Source: Halomicronema hongdechloris C2206 (GTDB lineage: Bacteria; Cyanobacteriota; Cyanobacteriia; Phormidesmidales; Phormidesmidaceae). Taken from it: a stretch of 32,000 nt of DNA. The notes beneath the pieces are model-generated. The model did not search any database, was not told the origin of the DNA, and saw only the letters and a program-made list of their open reading frames with translations. The stretch lies in the NCBI RefSeq assembly GCF_002075285.3, contig NZ_CP021983.2, positions 3,360,001 to 3,392,000 on the forward strand, given 5' to 3'. Below, piece after piece: positions 27,567 to 32,000 of this stretch. Numbering within the stretch: position 1 is the stretch's first letter; each line of letters begins with the position of its first letter. Made by a program: the position numbers and the translations under genes.

Positions 27567-28253
27567 TTATACCAGTGGCTGACCGCCTGGTTGATAGCCG
27601 TGGGTGATGCGGCCGGCTTGGCAGACTTGCTGGGCATAGGTGCGGCTGATGGGATCCTCTAGGTGCCAGAGGGAATCGATGCCAATGCCATTGCGTCCCT
27701 GGTCTTTGCCGGAACTATGGATGTATTGTCCATCTCCTAAATATAACGCCACATGGTTGACACGAGGGCGACCAAAGAAGATTAGGTCCCCGGGGTGGAG
27801 AGCCTCAAGGTCGACGGGGTGAGCAAAGGCGGCTTGCTGGTAAGAGTCGCGCGGTAGAGGGATGCCTACTGAGGCAAAGGCGGTTTGAATCAGGCCAGAG
27901 CAGTCGTAGTTAGGACCGAGGGTGCCGCCCCAGAGGTAGTGGTTTGGCTGGGCCATGGCTGCCTTGGTGAAGGCGATGACGGCAGGAAGTTGGGCCTGGA
28001 CGGCAGCGGTGTTCCAGGCAGGAGCCATGTAGGGTCTCTTGGCTGGGACCAGATGGGGCAGATCTGCGATCGCAAGCCAGCCGGGATAATCGTCCTCACA
28101 GAGGCACACCCGCACGGCAGTCTCGCCGGTGTCGGGCAAGCGACGCAGATAGCGACCGCCCCTGGCCTGGGTAACCAAGGCCTGACAATCGGGGGTTTTG
28201 TAGAGATTCAGTGGCGCCTGACAGCGATACTGATGCGTTGGGTCTAATGCCAT
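27567..28253 (-). CDS. SH3b + NlpC/P60 (C40) cell-wall endopeptidase, gamma-D-glutamyl-diamino-acid endopeptidase type
   Basis: 228 aa. The N-terminal SH3b-like region is LNLYKTPDCQALVTQARGGRYLR...VRVCLCEDDYPGWL. The NlpC/P60 core has the catalytic Cys in YDCSGLIQTAFASVGIPLPRDSYQQ, then GDLIFF and HVALYLGDGQYIHSS. The length and architecture match the structurally characterised cyanobacterial (Anabaena/Nostoc) enzymes. Confidence 0.85.
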   Translation of the reverse strand: MALDPTHQYRCQAPLNLYKTPDCQALVTQARGGRYLRRLPDTGETAVRVCLCEDDYPGWLAIADLPHLVPAKRPYMAPAWNTAAVQAQLPAVIAFTKAAMAQPNHYLWGGTLGPNYDCSGLIQTAFASVGIPLPRDSYQQAAFAHPVDLEALHPGDLIFFGRPRVNHVALYLGDGQYIHSSGKDQGRNGIGIDSLWHLEDPISRTYAQQVCQAGRITHGYQPGGQPLV

Positions 28254-28327
28254 GGCTGAGCGAGGGAAAAATAAGGGATGCTTGGTGCCTACTCGGCGTC
28301 AGTCTGGGGCTGGAGTCCAGCACCCGC

Positions 28328-29794
28328 TTATTTCTCCGCCTTGCCGCTGCTGCGCACCCCGATCACCTTCTTCAGCAGGTCGAACCAGAAATTAGCGCCC
28401 ATGGCAATGGCAATGCCACTGATCAGCCAACCCAGGATCCGGCGCGGCACCGGCAGTGGCCACTCAGCTTCGGCTAGTTGCTGCTGCCTGACAACGGTTT
28501 CACTGTGGCCCAACGGAAAGGGCAGCGCATCCAGGGAAGTATTCACGGCATCCTGCATTTGGCGTAAATCCTGTTGGAGATCGCCGCTGCTGGCCTCAGG
28601 GGCATACTGTTCGGCGGCTTGGGTCACGGCTAGGCGCACCGTCGGATCAGTGGCCAGACGGGTGGCAATGTGCAGGGAGTCGGCATTGACGATAATTGCG
28701 ATCGCAACCCCCAAGATCAACGCCACCGCCTTAGCATTGCGCTTATAGACCCCAGAGGCCCGATCCATGCCCCGATTAAACCAGGTGGCAACGGCTGTCT
28801 CCATCTGGTTAATTTCATCCTCCATTTGCGCGGCTTTCTGCTGCCCCTTCTCAGCCAGCACCATCAGACTCGCCTTGAGGGAATCGGGCAGGACTTGCTG
28901 CCTCACATGAGTCGCCAAGGCTTTGACTTGCGGATTTCCCAGAGCCTCTGCAGACAACAACTGCCGCCGCAGCGGGCTATCCTCCTCAAAGACCGTCAAG
29001 ACTTCTTTGAGACTGGGCCACAGCTGATTGAGCAAGGCCGCCTTCTCCTGGGAATTCGTCGCTAGCTGTCGTTTCAAAGAATTGACCCGTCGCAGAAACG
29101 TCTGGCTGAGATGATGGTCTGCAGGTAAGACCTCCTGGGCCATGGCCATAAACTCATCTAACTGGGCCAACAGTCGCTCCAAGGTATCGGCTAGGGTGAC
29201 CCGCCGCTCCTGAAAATCCACTAGAATTTGCCGGATCGACTGCTCTAGCTGCCGCCGTTCTGGATCCAACAGGGTTTCATTGGCCATACTGGCCTTGAAA
29301 TCATTCAAAACATGGTTGATGGGCAGGAGTAACCGTTCCTCAACCAACTGCTTCAGTCGTCCACTGGCCAGCAGCTGTTGTAGGGGTTCTAGTTGCAGGC
29401 TCTCCAGCAAACTATTGGCAAAGGCATCTGCTGGGATGTAGGAGGGACCACTGGTGGCCCGACCAAAGACATTGCGGGTGCGGGTAATCCAGCGATAACC
29501 CTGGCCCAATCCATGCAGCAGAGAGCGAATGCAACGACCAAAGGAGCCCCGGGCTTCGTGGTTGAGGCTGCGAATCAGCGGACTGCCGTACAGCCGATCC
29601 GATAGGTCACGAGCTGCCGCAGCGCTGGCAACATCATTGCCCGCTAGCAGGCCTTCAATGGATTGCTTCAGATGCTCTGCCCGCCATTGCAGCAGGGTAC
29701 CAATGATTTCCTGAATCTCACTGGCCAGCAAGCTGAGGATGAAGTAAATGAAAATGAGGCCGAGGGCAATGTCCAGGACGAGGGGAAAATTCAT
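28328..29794 (-). CDS. Uncharacterised membrane protein: N-terminal TM anchor, long helical/coiled-coil region, two C-terminal TM helices
   Basis: 488 aa. The N-terminal TM is PLVLDIALGLIFIYFILSLLASEIQE. About 300 aa of L/Q/E/R-rich helical sequence follow. The C-terminal part has WFNRGMDRASGVYKRNAKAVALILGVAIAIIVNADSL and ILGWLISGIAIAMGANFWFDLLKK. I recall the C-terminal FWFDLL-type motif from widespread hypothetical membrane proteins but cannot name a family. Confidence 0.6.
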   Translation of the reverse strand: MNFPLVLDIALGLIFIYFILSLLASEIQEIIGTLLQWRAEHLKQSIEGLLAGNDVASAAAARDLSDRLYGSPLIRSLNHEARGSFGRCIRSLLHGLGQGYRWITRTRNVFGRATSGPSYIPADAFANSLLESLQLEPLQQLLASGRLKQLVEERLLLPINHVLNDFKASMANETLLDPERRQLEQSIRQILVDFQERRVTLADTLERLLAQLDEFMAMAQEVLPADHHLSQTFLRRVNSLKRQLATNSQEKAALLNQLWPSLKEVLTVFEEDSPLRRQLLSAEALGNPQVKALATHVRQQVLPDSLKASLMVLAEKGQQKAAQMEDEINQMETAVATWFNRGMDRASGVYKRNAKAVALILGVAIAIIVNADSLHIATRLATDPTVRLAVTQAAEQYAPEASSGDLQQDLRQMQDAVNTSLDALPFPLGHSETVVRQQQLAEAEWPLPVPRRILGWLISGIAIAMGANFWFDLLKKVIGVRSSGKAEK

Positions 29795-29900
29795 ACCGGG
29801 CTAGACGCTACCTGACAATAATGGCGGTTATACCAGGTCTCAGGGACAGATGGGCATGGGTACTATAGGCTATCTGCTCCCCTCTCCTAGCCTGCGTTAA

Positions 29901-31220
29901 CTAAACTTTATCTGCTGATGTTGACAGCCCTTGCTGCCAGCGGCGATAGCGTTCAGTCTCGGCCAGCAGCGGATTGAGACCAAACCAGCGTCCCTGGCGA
30001 TCCCGGTATTCATAGAGGAAAAGGCTACGGACCAACACATTGTAGTCGTCATCGCCCTGGACATCCTGTCGCGAGACGGCCTGTAGCAGAGAAGTCCATT
30101 CCTCATCGCTGATTAGGCCCATGAGGCTGTCCCGTTCGGTGCGAATCACGGCCTCTAGAGTGGCCTGAGGAAAGGGAGGGTCTTGTTTGCGCAGGCACCC
30201 GTCTAACAGTCGCACCAGGTTGCGCATGTGGCCGCCACTGACCTGACACAGGCGATTAAGGGTGTCGAGGCCATCGAAGACATCGGTAACTCGATCAATC
30301 CGCTCATTCACATTCAGGTCCGGAAAGGCCCGTACCATTACCATCTGCTGCAGCAAGGCTAGGCCAGCTAAGTCTGTTTGGCCCTGGCGATTCTGTACCG
30401 GCACCATGGGCAACACCAGGGGATTGATGCCAAACCGATTGGCCAACCGTACCAAGTCGTTGGAGAACATCAACTCCAGTGGAATGGTGTAGACCACGTG
30501 GCAGGCCAACTGTTTCAGCTGCTCACCCCGATCCACAAACAAATATTCCGACTGCAGCCGTGCTCCCCGCGGGGTACTGTCGATGCGATCTAAGTTATCC
30601 ATGATCACCACTAGTCCCTGTTGGGACCGTTGCTGCAGCCGCTCATTGGCAGGAATGAGCAGTTCGTCGTTGATGGCGTTGAGAATGCTGCGGGTACGGG
30701 GTTCTAGGTACTGCCGCAACTGACTGCGCATGTCGGGACTTTGTTTGGCGGTGGCCGTGAGGTTGGCAATGCCCACGGAAAAACTCACCTCCGAGAGGTC
30801 CATGGGGGTGCGCAAGGTGGTGGCAAGAGTCTGAAATAGGGATTGTAGGTAATTGGGCCGCAGCCCCAGACCCATGGTCTCTAGATGTTGGCTGGCATTG
30901 CGGGCAATGCTAAGAAGAATGTCTGAAATTTCCACGTCGGCCATTTCCAGATCGCGATCCGACTCGAAATAAACGACCTGAAACCCCTGTTTCTCTAGAC
31001 TATTTCTCAGGCGAAAGAGTTCGGTGGATTTGCCACAGCCGATATGGCCGGTAAAAAGTTGAGTCGTGGGTCGATGGCGGGAAAGGCGAGCAATTTTCCG
31101 CTCCAATTCCTGGACGATGTCGCCGCCGCGAACGGTGGAGAAGTCGATGTAGTAGCGAGCGTCCCGCAGGGGCTGGGTGGGGTCGCAGGCTTCGTAGAAG
31201 CGGTTGAGGTCGAGGGCCAT
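29901..31220 (-). CDS. P-loop NTPase, minimal STAND / AAA_16 / ATPase_2-like, no recognisable sensor or effector domain
   Basis: 439 aa. Walker A is GHIGCGKST (31023-31049) and Walker B is LVVIMDNLD (30588-30614). The C-terminal helical region contains CQVSGGHMRNLVRLL at the position of the STAND GxP-type motif. Confidence 0.7.
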   Translation of the reverse strand: MALDLNRFYEACDPTQPLRDARYYIDFSTVRGGDIVQELERKIARLSRHRPTTQLFTGHIGCGKSTELFRLRNSLEKQGFQVVYFESDRDLEMADVEISDILLSIARNASQHLETMGLGLRPNYLQSLFQTLATTLRTPMDLSEVSFSVGIANLTATAKQSPDMRSQLRQYLEPRTRSILNAINDELLIPANERLQQRSQQGLVVIMDNLDRIDSTPRGARLQSEYLFVDRGEQLKQLACHVVYTIPLELMFSNDLVRLANRFGINPLVLPMVPVQNRQGQTDLAGLALLQQMVMVRAFPDLNVNERIDRVTDVFDGLDTLNRLCQVSGGHMRNLVRLLDGCLRKQDPPFPQATLEAVIRTERDSLMGLISDEEWTSLLQAVSRQDVQGDDDYNVLVRSLFLYEYRDRQGRWFGLNPLLAETERYRRWQQGLSTSADKV

Positions 31221-31436
31221 GGGGGAGGAGGGGAATAGGGTTGGTGCTTACAGAGGCACTATTGATCTCCTAGGTGTGACCTGTGGTTAGAGCCTGCCCC
31301 ACTTTCCCATTGCCCCTGCTGCTATCAGGAAAAGGGTAGTTGTGGCGAAGATGAGGGGCAGGTGCAATGGTCGTTGGCTAAGCCGCCCCATAGGGGCTAG
31401 ACCAACCCTTGAAGGCCATCGCATCGGTTGTAATCC

Positions 31437-32000
31437 CTAAGGGACTAACACCTGTTTCAGCGCTTGCAGCAAGGTATCTACCTTCTCAGGATAACTATTG
31501 GCTCCCATCAGACCAATGCGCCAGACCTGACCGGCCAGATCACCCAAGCCGCCGCCAATCTCGATATTGTGCTCCAACAGCAATTGCTGAGCCACCGCCT
31601 TAGCCTCAACGCCATCGGGGACCCTCACCGTGGTCAGGGTCGGTAGGCGAAACTCCTGGGCCACATGGCAGCTGAGCCCCATGGCCTCCAGGCCAGCCCA
31701 CAGTTTCTCAGCCGTCTGCTGATGCCGTTGCCAACGCGCGTCCAGCCCCTCCTCTGCCAGCAGCCGCAGGGCTTCTCGCAGGGCATAGGTGAGATTAATC
31801 GGGGCAGTGTGATGATACACGCGCTCGCTCCCCCAATACTTGCGCAACAGGGTGGCATCTAAGTACCAATTGGCCACTGGGGTCTGTCGCTGCTCTAGTT
31901 TGGCCACGGCCCGGGAGCTCATGGTAAAAGGCGAGACCCCAGGGGGGCAGCTCAGCCCCTTTTGGCTACAGCTGTAGGCCAGATCCACCTGCCAGGCATC
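31437..32000 (-). CDS. Class-V aminotransferase (alanine-glyoxylate / serine-pyruvate aminotransferase family), 5'-partial
   Basis: The minus-strand frame is open to the window edge (DAWQVDLAYSCSQKGLSCPPGVSPFTMS...). SQKGL is the PLP-lysine motif (SxSQK) of the AGXT family. The C-terminal domain matches as well (YHHTAPINLTYALREAL...RLPTLTTVRVPDGV...IEIGGGLGDLAGQVWRIGLMG). Confidence 0.8.
   Translation of the reverse strand, partial: DAWQVDLAYSCSQKGLSCPPGVSPFTMSSRAVAKLEQRQTPVANWYLDATLLRKYWGSERVYHHTAPINLTYALREALRLLAEEGLDARWQRHQQTAEKLWAGLEAMGLSCHVAQEFRLPTLTTVRVPDGVEAKAVAQQLLLEHNIEIGGGLGDLAGQVWRIGLMGANSYPEKVDTLLQALKQVLVP

Noticed and set aside
1-32000. Mobile elements, prophage genes, integrases, rRNA, tRNA and tmRNA
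   Set aside because: No transposase-, integrase- or phage-like ORFs were seen, and no long terminal inverted repeats or structured-RNA signatures. HIP1 copies are spread throughout the window, which argues against a recently acquired island.

Overview
The window is a cyanobacterial chromosome segment. The HIP1 octamer GCGATCGC occurs 12 times, and ndh and psb genes are present. GC content looks roughly mid-50s % by eye. The left ~9 kb is one minus-strand run: murI (partial), a CPA2-type antiporter, a Nit-type C-N hydrolase, a BicA-like SulP transporter, a tandem USP, a second SulP transporter, a Uma2 nuclease and moaE. The middle holds a DUF218/YdcF-like gene, pyrB, a lipoprotein, and the overlapping ndhC-ndhK-ndhJ operon. 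That operon is divergent from the conserved rubA-ycf48-psbE-psbF-psbL-psbJ cluster; psbF, psbL and psbJ were found by manual translation because they fall below the ORF-track cutoff. Next come a large metallophosphoesterase, a TonB-like gene split over three reading-frame segments, and dinB. The right ~12 kb looks more accessory. It holds two small uncharacterised ORFs, a cyanoexosortase with an HpsJ-like membrane protein, and an SLH-domain protein with a (PT)15 linker. These are followed by a transglutaminase-like protein, a small 4-TM protein, and a co-directional cluster of a STAND-like P-loop ATPase, a 488-aa coiled-coil membrane protein, an SH3b-NlpC/P60 endopeptidase and a small beta-barrel protein. 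The window ends in a partial class-V aminotransferase. I recognised no rRNA, tRNA, CRISPR array, IS element or prophage. The best candidate for an undescribed system is the ATPase plus membrane-protein pair (28328-31220) with its envelope-related neighbours. This rests on architecture and inference only. All family assignments come from motif recognition by eye, not database searches.
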